Assembly (NCBI GenBank): GCA_003152995.1
Contig: PMBR01000089.1
Coordinates: 45,893 to 109,892, forward strand
From: Chloroflexota bacterium
GTDB lineage: Bacteria; Chloroflexota; Limnocylindria; Limnocylindrales; CSP1-4
Direction: 5' to 3'
Length of the DNA stretch: 64,000 bases
In this document: positions 27,317-37,549 of the stretch, one piece after another
Numbering within the stretch: the stretch's first letter is position 1
Layout of the letters: each line of letters starts with the position of its first letter
The notes under the pieces: model-generated
Told to the model about the DNA's origin: nothing
Database searches by the model: none
Seen by the model: the letters and a program-made list of their open reading frames with translations, nothing else
Position numbers and translations under genes: made by a program

Positions 27317-28051
27317 ATGCAGCTGCTACCAGGTTCGTCAGGCCTGCCAGGTCATGGAAGTCCCCGTCTGTTTGTCGCGGTCTGTGTCGCCCTCCTGGTC
27401 GCCGGTTGCGCGGCCAGCTCCGTGACACCGCCCGCTGCAACGGACACGGGCGCGGCGGCTGCTGCGCCGACTGCGACCGGGACGACCACTCCCACCGACA
27501 CGACTGCTCCCACCGACACGACTGCTCCCACCGATACGCCGGCCCCGGTTCCGACAGACACGCCGGCTCCAACGCCCACTGCGCCGCCTGCCGCCACGGC
27601 AGCCCCGACGGCCTTGCCGCCTCTGGCGGTCGGGCTATGCAGGGCCTCCGCGCTCAAGCTCGCAATCACTCTGTGGGAGGGTTCCACCGGCACTTCCTAC
27701 GCTCACGTCACCGCCACGAACAAGTCATCCGTGAGCTGCAACATGCGGGGCACGTCCGAGGCCCGGATCGCGGACGCACACGGCAACATCATCGGCGACG
27801 CCGGATCCGCCGCAGCCAGGGTCGTCTCGAGCGACCCGATCTACCCGCTGGCCCCGGGCGGCTCGATCAACACCATCATCCAGTGGGCCAACTGGTGCCA
27901 TTCGGCTCCCGCGCAGAAGGTATTCGTCGCAATGGTTCTGCCCTTCGGGCTGGGCGGCTTCGTCTCGAAGCCTCTCGGGAACGCGCCGATCCCGACCTGC
28001 TATGCGTCGAGCCAGAAGACGCAGGTGAGCTCGGAGGCCTGGCTGCCGTAG
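27317..28051 (+). CDS. DUF4232-like lipoprotein (paralogue 2)
   Basis: Lipobox LVAGC, PTDTTA repeats, LCRASAL..ATNKS..CNMRG..WANWC; clearly similar to the upstream gene. Confidence 0.75.
   Translation: MQLLPGSSGLPGHGSPRLFVAVCVALLVAGCAASSVTPPAATDTGAAAAAPTATGTTTPTDTTAPTDTTAPTDTPAPVPTDTPAPTPTAPPAATAAPTALPPLAVGLCRASALKLAITLWEGSTGTSYAHVTATNKSSVSCNMRGTSEARIADAHGNIIGDAGSAAARVVSSDPIYPLAPGGSINTIIQWANWCHSAPAQKVFVAMVLPFGLGGFVSKPLGNAPIPTCYASSQKTQVSSEAWLP
27489..27538 (+). repeat. 18-bp coding tandem repeat (CTCCCACCGACACGACTG, about 2.7 copies)
   Basis: Seen directly; encodes PTDTTA linker units. Confidence 0.8.
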
Positions 28052-28396
28052 GTTCGGTCGAACTCGACTGACAAATCGTCCCGGGTGGCGCCGACCTGGG
28101 CGGCCTGATCGCGGCGAGGCCGGCGCTCCGGCACACATCTCATGACTCCGGTCGCACTCCCGACCGACATCTTTAGCGAACGACCATGAGACTTTCTGTG
28201 CGCGCGCTGCCACTGTGGCAAGGCTACCCATAGGGCCAAGAGCGTCCGAAATCGGACCGCTGTCCAGGTCGGATTTGTCGGAAGACCCGATCGGGCGTAG
28301 TCTGCCCTGGCTGCCGAGGCGGCAGTCAGCGCTCCGCGTGGTCGATCCCGCCCTGGAACGGCCGTTTGCCAGTTGAGCCTCGACGGGAGGCCGATC

Positions 28397-29563
28397 ATGC
28401 CGAAGATCGCATTCGTTTCGACGTATATACCGCGCCGGTGCGGTATCGCCACCTTCACCCACGACCTCGCGACGGCAGTCGGGGACCACGAGATCGTGGC
28501 GCTGCACCAGCCCGATGGGCCGGGCCCGTATCCGATCGAAGTCCGCCATCTGATCCGCTCCGACAACCGGGCCGACTACGCCGACGCGGCCCGAGCCCTG
28601 AATGATTGCGGCGTGGAGGCGGTCTCAATCCAGCACGAATACGGCATCTGGGGCGGAGAGGCGGGCTCCTTCGTGCTGGACTTCGTACGCCGGCTGCGTC
28701 GGCCGTTCGTCGCCACTCTCCACACGGTCCTGCGCAATCCCTCTCCGTTGCAGAAGGCCGTCCTCGCCGAGCTCGTCGACACGGCCGCCGCCAGTGTGGT
28801 CATGTCCAATGCCGCGGCCTCTCTCCTGACCAGGACCTACGGCGTCGGCCGGATCCGCATGGAAATCGTTCCTCATGGCGTCCCCGACCTGCCGCTCGTG
28901 GCTCCGGGCAGGGCGAAGCTGCGCCTGGGGCTACCTCCGGGACCGGTCATTCTCAGCTTCGGTCTGTTGGGGCCGGGCAAGGGCTACGAATCGGTGATCG
29001 AGGCGCTGCCGGCCGTGGTCGACGAATTCCCCGCAACCCGCTATGTCGTGCTTGGAGCCACTCACCCGGATCTCGTCCGCCGCGAAGGCGAGGCGTACCG
29101 TCGCCGTCTGGAGGCTCGCGCCACGACCCTCCGTGTCGCCGAGCATGTCCATTTCGTCGATCGATTCGTCGGTCAGTCGGACCTGAACACGTGGCTTGAG
29201 GCAGCCGACATCTTCGTGACCCCGTACCCGAACCTCGATCAGATCGTCTCCGGAACGCTGTCCTACGCGATGGGCGCGGGCAAGGCGATCGTTTCCACGC
29301 CGTACGAATACGCCAGGGAGATGCTCGACGGCGGTCGCGGCCGCCTCGTCGCGCCGGGCTCGCCCGAGGCGCTCGCGGAAGCGTTTCTCGAGCTTCTACG
29401 AGACGACTACCTCAGGGCCAAGCTTGGGCTATTCGCCTATCGCCGCAGCCGATCGATGCTCTGGCCACAGGTCGCCGAGCGCTACCGGACTATCTTCGCC
29501 AGGGTCACCGAGGCGACAGCTCCCGCCCGCCCGGCTCGGCCGGTGGGAGTGCTCCGTGGCTGA
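28397..29563 (+). CDS. Glycosyltransferase family 4
   Basis: STYIPRRCGIATF, IQHEYGI, FGLLGPGKGYE, SGTLSYAMGAGKAIVSTPY. Confidence 0.92.
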   Translation: MPKIAFVSTYIPRRCGIATFTHDLATAVGDHEIVALHQPDGPGPYPIEVRHLIRSDNRADYADAARALNDCGVEAVSIQHEYGIWGGEAGSFVLDFVRRLRRPFVATLHTVLRNPSPLQKAVLAELVDTAAASVVMSNAAASLLTRTYGVGRIRMEIVPHGVPDLPLVAPGRAKLRLGLPPGPVILSFGLLGPGKGYESVIEALPAVVDEFPATRYVVLGATHPDLVRREGEAYRRRLEARATTLRVAEHVHFVDRFVGQSDLNTWLEAADIFVTPYPNLDQIVSGTLSYAMGAGKAIVSTPYEYAREMLDGGRGRLVAPGSPEALAEAFLELLRDDYLRAKLGLFAYRRSRSMLWPQVAERYRTIFARVTEATAPARPARPVGVLRG

Positions 29564-30659
29564 GCGACCGCTGTATCCTGTCTGCCGGGCACATCTCGAC
29601 GAGATCTCCGACGAAATCGGCATATGGCAGCACGCGACCGGAGCCAACCCGAACAGGGAATTCGGCTACTGCACCGACGATGTCGCTCGCGGGCTCGGGG
29701 TCGATCTTCTCCACTCGCCCAGCCTGGGCTGGAGCGCGGTCGAGGGCAGCGCCCGGCGGTCGATGGCGTTCCTCCGGGACGCGTTCAACCCGCGCGAGGG
29801 CCGCTTTCGCAACTTCCGATCGGCGGACGGCGAGTGGCTCGAAACGATCGGGTCGGAGGACTGCCACGCTCGGGCCATGGTCGCGCTGGGATTCGCCATC
29901 GCGGATGCTCCGGATCCCGGGCTTGCCGGCGACGCCGCCCAACTCTTCAAGGAAGCTCTGCCCGCAGTTCGGGCGCTGACCAACTTGCGCCCCATGGCCG
30001 CGGCTCTTCTGGGCTGCGACTCGGCCCTCCGTGGGGGAGCGGCGGGCGAAACTCTCGCGGCTTTCCGCTGGCTCGCAGCCCAGCTGGCTCGGGCCCTGGT
30101 GGACCTGCCCCCCGACTGGCCCTGGCCAGACCCGGTCGTGACCTACGAGAACGCGCTCCTACCGATGGCCTTGATCGCGGCCGGCCGGCGGCTGGCGGAC
30201 GAAGTCATGATGCAAGCGGGATGCACGGTCCTCGACTGGCTCGCGCTGTCTCAGACGACGGCCGCCGGCCGGCTCTCCATCGTGGGCAACAGTGGCTGGT
30301 GGACGCGGGGCGATTCGCGAGCTCGGTTCGACCAGCAGCCGATCGATGCCACGTCGCTGTTGCTCGCGGCAGAGGAGGCGTACGTCGCCACGGCCGCGGA
30401 GCAGTACTTGAACGTGGCCGAGATGGCCTACGGGTGGTTTCTCGGCGACAATGACATGAACGTACCGGTCGCGATTGCCGCGACCGGCGGTTGCCATGAT
30501 GGGCTGACTGCCGATGGCGTGAATCTGAACCAGGGCGCCGAATCGACCCTGATGTGGCTGACGGCACTCGAGCATATGCGCAAGATCAGGACGACCAGCC
30601 GACCCAAGGAGGCTGCCATTTCGGGCTTGAATCTGTCTCGGTCGCAGGTAAGCAGATGA
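29556..30659 (+). CDS. Conserved GT4-associated protein (probable alpha/alpha-barrel glycosidase-like fold)
   Basis: GIWQHA, GYCTDDVAR, GRFRNF, YENA, FDQQPID, GGCHDGL, NLNQGAESTL; overlaps both neighbours. Confidence 0.75.
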   Translation: MAERPLYPVCRAHLDEISDEIGIWQHATGANPNREFGYCTDDVARGLGVDLLHSPSLGWSAVEGSARRSMAFLRDAFNPREGRFRNFRSADGEWLETIGSEDCHARAMVALGFAIADAPDPGLAGDAAQLFKEALPAVRALTNLRPMAAALLGCDSALRGGAAGETLAAFRWLAAQLARALVDLPPDWPWPDPVVTYENALLPMALIAAGRRLADEVMMQAGCTVLDWLALSQTTAAGRLSIVGNSGWWTRGDSRARFDQQPIDATSLLLAAEEAYVATAAEQYLNVAEMAYGWFLGDNDMNVPVAIAATGGCHDGLTADGVNLNQGAESTLMWLTALEHMRKIRTTSRPKEAAISGLNLSRSQVSR

Positions 30660-31645
30660 CCGACCCGGGAGGAGACTCGCTCTTCGTCCGCGTTCCGGCC
30701 AATCCCATCATCACGCCGGCCGACGTGCCCTATACGGCCAACGCGGTCTTCAATCCCGGCGCCGCCACCGTCGACGGCGAGACCGTTCTTCTGATGAGGG
30801 TCGAGGACAAGCGTGGCATCTCGTCGCTCTACGTCGCCAGAAGCGACGATGGAATCACGGGTTGGCGCTTCGACGAGAAGCCGCTTCTGGCGCCGGTTTC
30901 GACCCACCCAGAAGAAGTGTGGGGCTGTGAGGATCCACGGCTGACGTGGCTGCCCGAGCGCGAGGAATGGGCGATCAGTTACACGGCGTACAGCAATCGA
31001 GGCCCGCTGGTATCGCTGGCCATGACGCGCGACTTTCGAGAGGTGACGCGCCTGGGTCCGGTGATGCCGCCTGACGACAAGGACGCGGCCCTGCTGCCCA
31101 ATCGCATCGATGGCCGCTGGGCGATGATCCACCGCCCGGCTCCGATCTACGGCGGAGCCCACATGTGGATCTCGTACTCGCCCGACCTGCGCCACTGGGG
31201 CGACCATACGCTCCTGATCGAAGCCCGCGACGGGGCGTGGTGGGATGCCCGCAAGATCGGCCTGGGGCCGCCGCCGGCGCTCGTCTCCGACGGCTGGCTG
31301 GTCATGTATCACGGCGCCCACACGACCGCCGCGGGGCCGATCTACCGCGTTGGCCTGGCCCTGCTCGACCGTGACGACCCGACGGTCGTACTGCGTCGCT
31401 CCGAAGAATGGGTACTCGGGCCGACCGCGTCGTACGAGCGCGTCGGCGACGTGAGCAAGGTCGTCTTCCCGAACGGATGGGTCGTCGACGAGGCGAGCGA
31501 CCGGCTGATGCTCTACTACGGCGCCGCAGATTCGGTCATCGGCCTGGCGACGGCCAGCGTCTCCGATGTTCTGCGCCACGTGGATGCGATGCCCCAGCCG
31601 ATGCACCGCCGCGCCTCCGACGCCGACCGAGTCGCCAGGCCCTGA
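30656..31645 (+). CDS. Glycoside hydrolase family 130 (mannoside phosphorylase/hydrolase-like)
   Basis: NAVFNPGA, GCEDPR, DDKDAAL, HRP, KIGLGPPP, YYGAAD. Confidence 0.9.
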   Translation: MTDPGGDSLFVRVPANPIITPADVPYTANAVFNPGAATVDGETVLLMRVEDKRGISSLYVARSDDGITGWRFDEKPLLAPVSTHPEEVWGCEDPRLTWLPEREEWAISYTAYSNRGPLVSLAMTRDFREVTRLGPVMPPDDKDAALLPNRIDGRWAMIHRPAPIYGGAHMWISYSPDLRHWGDHTLLIEARDGAWWDARKIGLGPPPALVSDGWLVMYHGAHTTAAGPIYRVGLALLDRDDPTVVLRRSEEWVLGPTASYERVGDVSKVVFPNGWVVDEASDRLMLYYGAADSVIGLATASVSDVLRHVDAMPQPMHRRASDADRVARP

Positions 31646-31758
31646 TCCTCTCGGCGCCACGAAGCCGGCGGGCTGCAAGAGCACCCGCCGGGCCGGCCCG
31701 TGCTACAAACCCGGCGCTTCTGACGCGACGCGCCTCGCGGCGCTAGCATGCGTGTTAG

Positions 31759-31786
31759 CGACCGACTGGTCGGTCGGTCGGTCGGT
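31759..31786. promoter_or_regulatory. Palindromic TetR-type operator CGACCGAC-TG-GTCGGTCG followed by a (GGTC)n extension
   Basis: 18-bp near-perfect palindrome at 31759-31776, just upstream of the TetR-men operon. Confidence 0.7.
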
Positions 31787-31822
31787 GGGCTTTACGATCC
31801 CAACCTGGGCAGGAGACAAGTG

Positions 31823-32488
31823 ATGCGCCGCCAGCGCTCGCAACCCGCGGACCACGGCCGCGCCAGCCGCGAGACGATCCTCGACGGGGCTTTCCAGGCG
31901 TTCACAAAAGGCGGGTACCGCGACACCGCGGTCGACGACATCGCGGCCGCCGCCGAGATCTCCAAGGGCGGCATCTACTTCCACTTCCCCACCAAGGAAG
32001 CGATCTTTCGCGAACTCATGAGGACGACCGCGGACAAGCTCGTCGGGAAGGTCGAGAGCACAGTGGCGGCCGAGTCGGATCCGATTGCCAGGGCCGAGGT
32101 GGCCATCCGAACCGTTCTCGAGGTCTTCGCCGGTCATCGGACGATGGCTCGTCTCTTCTTCGAGGCCGGAGCTGGAGGACGTGGCTTCCAGGCCGAGACC
32201 AACGTGCTGCACGATAGATTCGCGAACCTCATCCAGTCGTATCTGGACGACGCCGTCGCCCAGGGGACGATCCCGGCGATCGACACCCGCATCACCAGCG
32301 TCGTCTGGTTCGGCGCCCTCGACGAAGTGGTGGCGCGGTGGTTGCTGGCCGATCGACCGGGCCGCCTGGAGGACGCCTATCCGACACTGCGAGCGCTCCT
32401 CCTCCGCAGTGTCGGCGTCACCGAGGCCAGGATCGCGGAAGTCCCGGCGCCCACATTTCCGGCGGCCTTCCCGGAGCAACACCGATGA
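31823..32488 (+). CDS. TetR/AcrR-family transcriptional regulator
   Basis: AGGAG RBS; HTH VDDIAAAAEISKGGIYFHFPTKEAIF. Confidence 0.93.
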   Translation: MRRQRSQPADHGRASRETILDGAFQAFTKGGYRDTAVDDIAAAAEISKGGIYFHFPTKEAIFRELMRTTADKLVGKVESTVAAESDPIARAEVAIRTVLEVFAGHRTMARLFFEAGAGGRGFQAETNVLHDRFANLIQSYLDDAVAQGTIPAIDTRITSVVWFGALDEVVARWLLADRPGRLEDAYPTLRALLLRSVGVTEARIAEVPAPTFPAAFPEQHR

Positions 32489-33996
32489 CGGCATTGGGCG
32501 GCCTGCGCGGGCGTGGTCAAAGAGAGCGGTCGGGGGGCGGGATAGCGTCCGCCATTCGGGATCTCGCCGGCGGGGCTCGGGCCGACGGAGACAGCGCCGG
32601 CCTGGTGGCCGCCAGCACCCCGATCGATTCGTTCGATGCCGTAGCGCTGTACGCGGCGGCGGTGGAAGCCGGTCTGGAAGCGACCCTCTGGCTTCGTCCG
32701 AACGAGCGTTTCGCGCTTGTCGGAATCGGTCGAGCGTGGTCGGTCGAGGCGGCCGGCCCGGAACGCTTCCGCGAGGCCGACTCCGCCTGGCGCTCGTTTG
32801 CCGGTGGCGCTCGGCTTTCTCAGACGGCCGACGTTCGCGGGCTGGGGCCGGTGCTCATGGGCGGCCTCAGCTTCACGGGTACCGTGCCCGGTCCGAAGGA
32901 CGATTGGGCGCCGTTCGGAGCCGCTTCGCTTGTCCTGCCCTCACTGACGGCGCTCCAATCGGACGGCCGGTCGTGGCTGACGGCATCAGTCGTGACCCGT
33001 GGCGCGGCCGGCGGTGGCACGGCCGGCGGCGACGACGCGGCGGGCGTGGCGGCGGGCACGGCAGCCGGGCTCGAGGATTTGTGGGCACGCCTTGCCGATC
33101 GGGCCGCGGAGCTTGCGCCCCGCGCCGGCGCCCCCACCGAGGAGCCGCCCGAGTCCCCTCTCGCCATCGACAGAGAGTGGCCGTCGGCAGAGCACTGGCG
33201 CCACGTCGTAAGCCTCATGGCCGGCGCGGTCGGCCGTGGCCGGCTCGACAAGGTCGTCTTCGCCCGCCGCGTCGACATGTCCTCGCCGGCCGTGCTGGAC
33301 GTGCCGAGCGCCCTTCGCCGCCTCGCCGCCAGCGCTCCCGAGAGCGCCCTCTTTGCGTTCCGGCGCGAAACCCGGACCTTCATGGGTGCCACTCCAGAGC
33401 GGCTCGTGCGAACCGACGGGCGGACGTACCGGACCGCGGCCGTCGCCGGCAGCATCCGGCGCGGCTCCGATGCGGCAGAGGACGCCGCGCTTGCCGCCGA
33501 GCTGCTGGCGTCGGAAAAGGAGAGCGAGGAGCACGCCGTGGTCGTTCGGGCGATCCGGCGGCAGCTCGCGCCCATTTCCGAGCGGATCGAGATCGCTCCC
33601 GGACCCGGCGTTCTGGTGCTTCGACACGTTCAGCACCTGGTCACGGAGATCGCCGGGACGCTGCGGATCCAGGAAGGACTGCTGGCGCTCGGCGGCCTGC
33701 TCCATCCGACGCCGGCAGTCGGCGGTGAACCGCGCGACCTTGCCCTCGCGATGATCGACGAGCACGAGGGATTCGATCGAGGCTGGTACGCCGGGCCGGT
33801 GGGATGGCTGAGTGCCGGCGGTGACGGCGAGTTGATGGTCGCGCTCAGGTGCGGCCTGGTGGAGGGCAGCCGGGTGACGCTCTATGCCGGCTGCGGCATC
33901 GTGGCCGACTCGGACCCGGACCGCGAGTGGGAGGAATCGAGGATCAAGATGCGCGCAATCGCCGCTGCCCTGGGCCGGGCTGGAGACGAGCCGTGA
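32485..33996 (+). CDS. menF: Isochorismate synthase
   Basis: KVVFAR, GATPERL, KESEEH, LHPTPAVGG, RGWYAGPVGW, YAGCGIV. Confidence 0.92.
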   Translation: MTALGGLRGRGQRERSGGGIASAIRDLAGGARADGDSAGLVAASTPIDSFDAVALYAAAVEAGLEATLWLRPNERFALVGIGRAWSVEAAGPERFREADSAWRSFAGGARLSQTADVRGLGPVLMGGLSFTGTVPGPKDDWAPFGAASLVLPSLTALQSDGRSWLTASVVTRGAAGGGTAGGDDAAGVAAGTAAGLEDLWARLADRAAELAPRAGAPTEEPPESPLAIDREWPSAEHWRHVVSLMAGAVGRGRLDKVVFARRVDMSSPAVLDVPSALRRLAASAPESALFAFRRETRTFMGATPERLVRTDGRTYRTAAVAGSIRRGSDAAEDAALAAELLASEKESEEHAVVVRAIRRQLAPISERIEIAPGPGVLVLRHVQHLVTEIAGTLRIQEGLLALGGLLHPTPAVGGEPRDLALAMIDEHEGFDRGWYAGPVGWLSAGGDGELMVALRCGLVEGSRVTLYAGCGIVADSDPDREWEESRIKMRAIAAALGRAGDEP

Positions 33997-35870
33997 GTGC
34001 GGGCGGCGGGCGGCCGAGCCAGCTACGCATCTTCGTGGAGGAGCTGGTTCGGGCCGGGGTTCGCGATGCGGTCGTCTGCCCCGGGTCGCGCTCGACGCCA
34101 CTGGCGCTCGCCTTGCGGGCCCACGACCGAGTACGGGTCCGGGTTCTGATCGACGAGCGTTCGGCCGGGTTCTTCGCGCTGGGGATTGCTCGGGCGACGA
34201 GGCGAGTGGTCGTTCTCCTCGGGACTTCCGGAACCGCCGCGGTCAACTTCGCGCCGGCGGTCGTCGAGGCCGCCCTCGGGCGGGTTCCTCTGCTCGTCCT
34301 CACCGCGGATCGGCCGGCGGAGTTGCAGGACCGCGGCGCTCCGCAGACGATCGACCAGAACCATCTCTATGGCCGCCACGCGAAGTGGTTCGCCGAACTT
34401 GCCCTGACGGATGAGGCGCCGGACACGATGGCCCACGTCCGATCAGTGGCGGGGCGAGCCGTCGCAACGGCGAATGCGGGGCCGGCCGGCCCCGTCCACC
34501 TGAACCTGCCCCTGCGCGAACCGCTGATTCCTGCAGACGACCTCGGCGCGATCGCGGGCTCGATCGAGGAGGGCGATCGCGAGCCCTACTACGACTCCAA
34601 CCGCGAGCCCGGCTACGAGCCCGTCGACGCGAAGGCGCCGTTCGCGGCAACGGTGTCCGGGCCGCGAAAACTGGCCGCCGATCAGGTCGCCGCGATTGCG
34701 GGGCGTCTGGCCGCAGCCGAGCGCGGGCTGATCGTCGCCGGCCCGCTCGACGATCCGGCGAGCCACGAGCCGATCGCTCGTCTCGCCGCCGCGACGGGGT
34801 ATCCGATCCTGGCCGACCCGCTGTCGGGGCTGCGATGTGGCGCACACGACCGGTCGCTCGTCCTCGCCCACGCCGACCACATCGTTCGGCCGGGTCCGTG
34901 GATCGAGGACTACCGGCCGGAGATCGTGATCCGTTTCGGCGCGATGCCGACCTCGAAGCCCGTGACCGAGCTGATGAAGAATGCCGTGCCGGAGCTCTTC
35001 GTGGTCGACGGGGACGGTGGCTGGCGCGAGGCGGCGCTGGTTCGGGCGACGTTCGTTCACGCAGACGCGGCCTCCACGGCCGATTCGCTGGCCGAAGCGA
35101 TGGAAGGGGCCCGCGTGGACGCGACGGTTGCGCCCTCCCGGCGCGCGCGAGGCGGCTGGACCGGCGCCTGGCTCGAGGCCGAAGCGGCCGCAGGCCGGGC
35201 GCTCGACTCCTGGCTCGATGGACTGGCGGAGCCTTTCGAAGGCGCAGCATTTAGGGCACTGGGCGAGCTTCTGCCGGCAGGATCGCTGCTCTGGGCCGGC
35301 AACTCGATGCCCGTCCGCGACATGGACGACTGGCTGCCGGTGAACGGGCGGGCGATCCGGGTGCTCGGAAATCGCGGCGCAAATGGGATAGACGGCGTGA
35401 CATCGACGGCCCTCGGCTCGGCGGTCGTGGCCGACGGGTCGGTCGTTCTCGTGATCGGCGACCTGTCGTTCCTCCACGATCTCGGCGCCCTGGTCACGGC
35501 CAGACTGCACGAACTCGATCTGCTGGTCGTCGTGATCAACAACGACGGCGGCGGGATCTTCTCGCTGCTTCCTCAGGCTCGGACGGCGGCGCCGGGCGCC
35601 GGCCTACCGGCCCGCTACGAAGAGCTGTTCGGGACGCCGCACGGAATCGCGCTGGGACCGATCGTCGAAGCGTTCGGGTTCCGACACAGCGTCGTCGGCG
35701 CGGCCGGGTTCGCTGTTCTGCAGACCGCGATCGGGGCGGAACTCGGCCGGCCCGGCCTGCGTGTGCTCGAGTTGCGGACGGATCGGTCGCGGAACGCGGA
35801 CCTTCATCGAGATGCTGCGGCGGCCGTGGCGTCGGCGCTGGCCGCGCTCGTCGGGGAGAGGCGCCATTGA
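33993..35870 (+). CDS. menD: SEPHCHC synthase (ThDP-dependent)
   Basis: CPGSRSTPL, DERSAGFFALG, TSGTAA, NRGANGIDG, GDLSFLHD..NNDGGGIF. Confidence 0.96.
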   Translation: MSAGGGRPSQLRIFVEELVRAGVRDAVVCPGSRSTPLALALRAHDRVRVRVLIDERSAGFFALGIARATRRVVVLLGTSGTAAVNFAPAVVEAALGRVPLLVLTADRPAELQDRGAPQTIDQNHLYGRHAKWFAELALTDEAPDTMAHVRSVAGRAVATANAGPAGPVHLNLPLREPLIPADDLGAIAGSIEEGDREPYYDSNREPGYEPVDAKAPFAATVSGPRKLAADQVAAIAGRLAAAERGLIVAGPLDDPASHEPIARLAAATGYPILADPLSGLRCGAHDRSLVLAHADHIVRPGPWIEDYRPEIVIRFGAMPTSKPVTELMKNAVPELFVVDGDGGWREAALVRATFVHADAASTADSLAEAMEGARVDATVAPSRRARGGWTGAWLEAEAAAGRALDSWLDGLAEPFEGAAFRALGELLPAGSLLWAGNSMPVRDMDDWLPVNGRAIRVLGNRGANGIDGVTSTALGSAVVADGSVVLVIGDLSFLHDLGALVTARLHELDLLVVVINNDGGGIFSLLPQARTAAPGAGLPARYEELFGTPHGIALGPIVEAFGFRHSVVGAAGFAVLQTAIGAELGRPGLRVLELRTDRSRNADLHRDAAAAVASALAALVGERRH

Positions 35871-36709
35871 GCCGCATCGAGATCGGCGGTGCAAGCTACG
35901 CGGTCCAGGTCGACGGCGAGGGCCCGCCGCTCCTGCTGATCCACGGGTTTACCGGCCGCGGCTCCGACTGGGCACCGGTCGTGCCGGCGCTGTGCCGAGC
36001 GGCCACGACCATCGCCGTCGATCTCCTCGGACACGGCGACTCCGACTCGCCCGCCGACCCGGCGCGCCACGCCGTCGAGCGTCAGGCCGCGGACCTGGCG
36101 GCTATCCTGCGACGTCTCGGCCTCGCGCCGGCCCACGTCGCCGGCTACTCGCTGGGTGCGCGGATCGCGCTCCGGATAGCCGTTTCCGAACCGGACGTGG
36201 TCGCTCGCCTGATCCTCGAGAGCCCCTCGGCCGGAATCGCCGATCCAGCGCAGCGCGCCGGTCGCCGCGCCACCGACGAGCAACTGGCCCACCTCCTCGA
36301 GCGTGAAGGGATCGAGGCTTTCGTTGACCGTTGGGAGAGCTTGCCGCTCTTCGCCTCGGAGCGGTCGCTCCCGGACGCCGACCGCGTCCGTATCCACGCC
36401 GCGCGGCTGCGAAACCGCCCCGACGGTCTGGCTGCATCGCTTCGCGGCGCCGGACAGGGTTCGATGGAGCCGCTGTACGACCAGCTCTCCAGCGTCACGG
36501 CGCCGACTCTGGTGGTGGCCGGTGCGCTCGACGAGATCGGCTTGGGCCGGGCCGAGGCCGTTGTGGGCGGTATCCCCGGTGCTCGGCTGGCAATCATGGA
36601 CGGCGTCGGTCACGCCCCTCACCGCGAGGCGCCGGATCGCCTCGAGCGACTCTTGCTGGACTTCCTCGCGCTCCCGGCCCCGCTCCCCGTCGAAAGGACA
36701 CCGACATGA
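35867..36709 (+). CDS. menH: SHCHC synthase
   Basis: [22 protein letters not shown]; position in the operon. Confidence 0.92.
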   Translation: MSRIEIGGASYAVQVDGEGPPLLLIHGFTGRGSDWAPVVPALCRAATTIAVDLLGHGDSDSPADPARHAVERQAADLAAILRRLGLAPAHVAGYSLGARIALRIAVSEPDVVARLILESPSAGIADPAQRAGRRATDEQLAHLLEREGIEAFVDRWESLPLFASERSLPDADRVRIHAARLRNRPDGLAASLRGAGQGSMEPLYDQLSSVTAPTLVVAGALDEIGLGRAEAVVGGIPGARLAIMDGVGHAPHREAPDRLERLLLDFLALPAPLPVERTPT

Positions 36710-37539
36710 CGAACGTCACGAAGATCACGTGGACACCGGTCGCGGAGTACCGCGACATCCGCTACGAACATTCCGGTACCGGGATCGCCCTCGTCACGAT
36801 CGATCGTCCGGAGGTCCGCAACGCATTCCGGCCTGAGACGATCGGTGAGTTGATCGACGCCTTCCGCCGCATTCGAGACGACGGATCGATCGGCTGCGTG
36901 CTCCTGACCGGCGCCGGCGACAAGGCCTTCTGCTCCGGCGGCGATCTGAACGTCAAGGGTCGCGGCGGGTACGTCGGCGAGGACGGGCTGGCCCGTCTCA
37001 ACGTTCTTGATCTGCAGCGGCAGATCCGCTCCCTGCCCGTGCCGGTCATAGCCCTGGTGAACGGCTTCGCGATCGGCGGTGGCCACGTTCTGCATATCGT
37101 CTGCGACCTGTCGTTGGCGTCGGACAACGCGATCTTCGGCCAGGTCGGCCCGCAGGTCGGCAGCTTCGACGCCGGTTTCGGGATCGGGCTGCTGGCCCGA
37201 CTCGTCGGCGACAAGAAGGCCAAGGAGATGTGGTTCCTGTGCCGTCGATACGACGCCGGGCAGGCACTCGAGATGGGCCTCGTCAACGCCGTGGTGCCGC
37301 TCGATCACTTGCTCGATGAGGGCATCGCCTGGGCGGACGAGATCCTGGCGATGAGCCCGACGGCGATCCGCTTCCTCAAGTCGGCGTTCCTGGTGGCCAC
37401 AGACGGCCTCGCCGGTCTGCAGGAATTCGCCGGCAACGCGACCGGCCTCTACTACACCACCGACGAGGCGCACGAAGGCTCGAAGGCCTTCCTCGAAAAG
37501 CGAAAGCCCGATTTTGGACGCTTCCCGCGGCGGCCTTGA
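36706..37539 (+). CDS. menB: 1,4-dihydroxy-2-naphthoyl-CoA synthase
   Basis: [31 protein letters not shown]. Confidence 0.96.
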   Translation: MTNVTKITWTPVAEYRDIRYEHSGTGIALVTIDRPEVRNAFRPETIGELIDAFRRIRDDGSIGCVLLTGAGDKAFCSGGDLNVKGRGGYVGEDGLARLNVLDLQRQIRSLPVPVIALVNGFAIGGGHVLHIVCDLSLASDNAIFGQVGPQVGSFDAGFGIGLLARLVGDKKAKEMWFLCRRYDAGQALEMGLVNAVVPLDHLLDEGIAWADEILAMSPTAIRFLKSAFLVATDGLAGLQEFAGNATGLYYTTDEAHEGSKAFLEKRKPDFGRFPRRP

Positions 37540-37549
37540 GGACCGGCTC

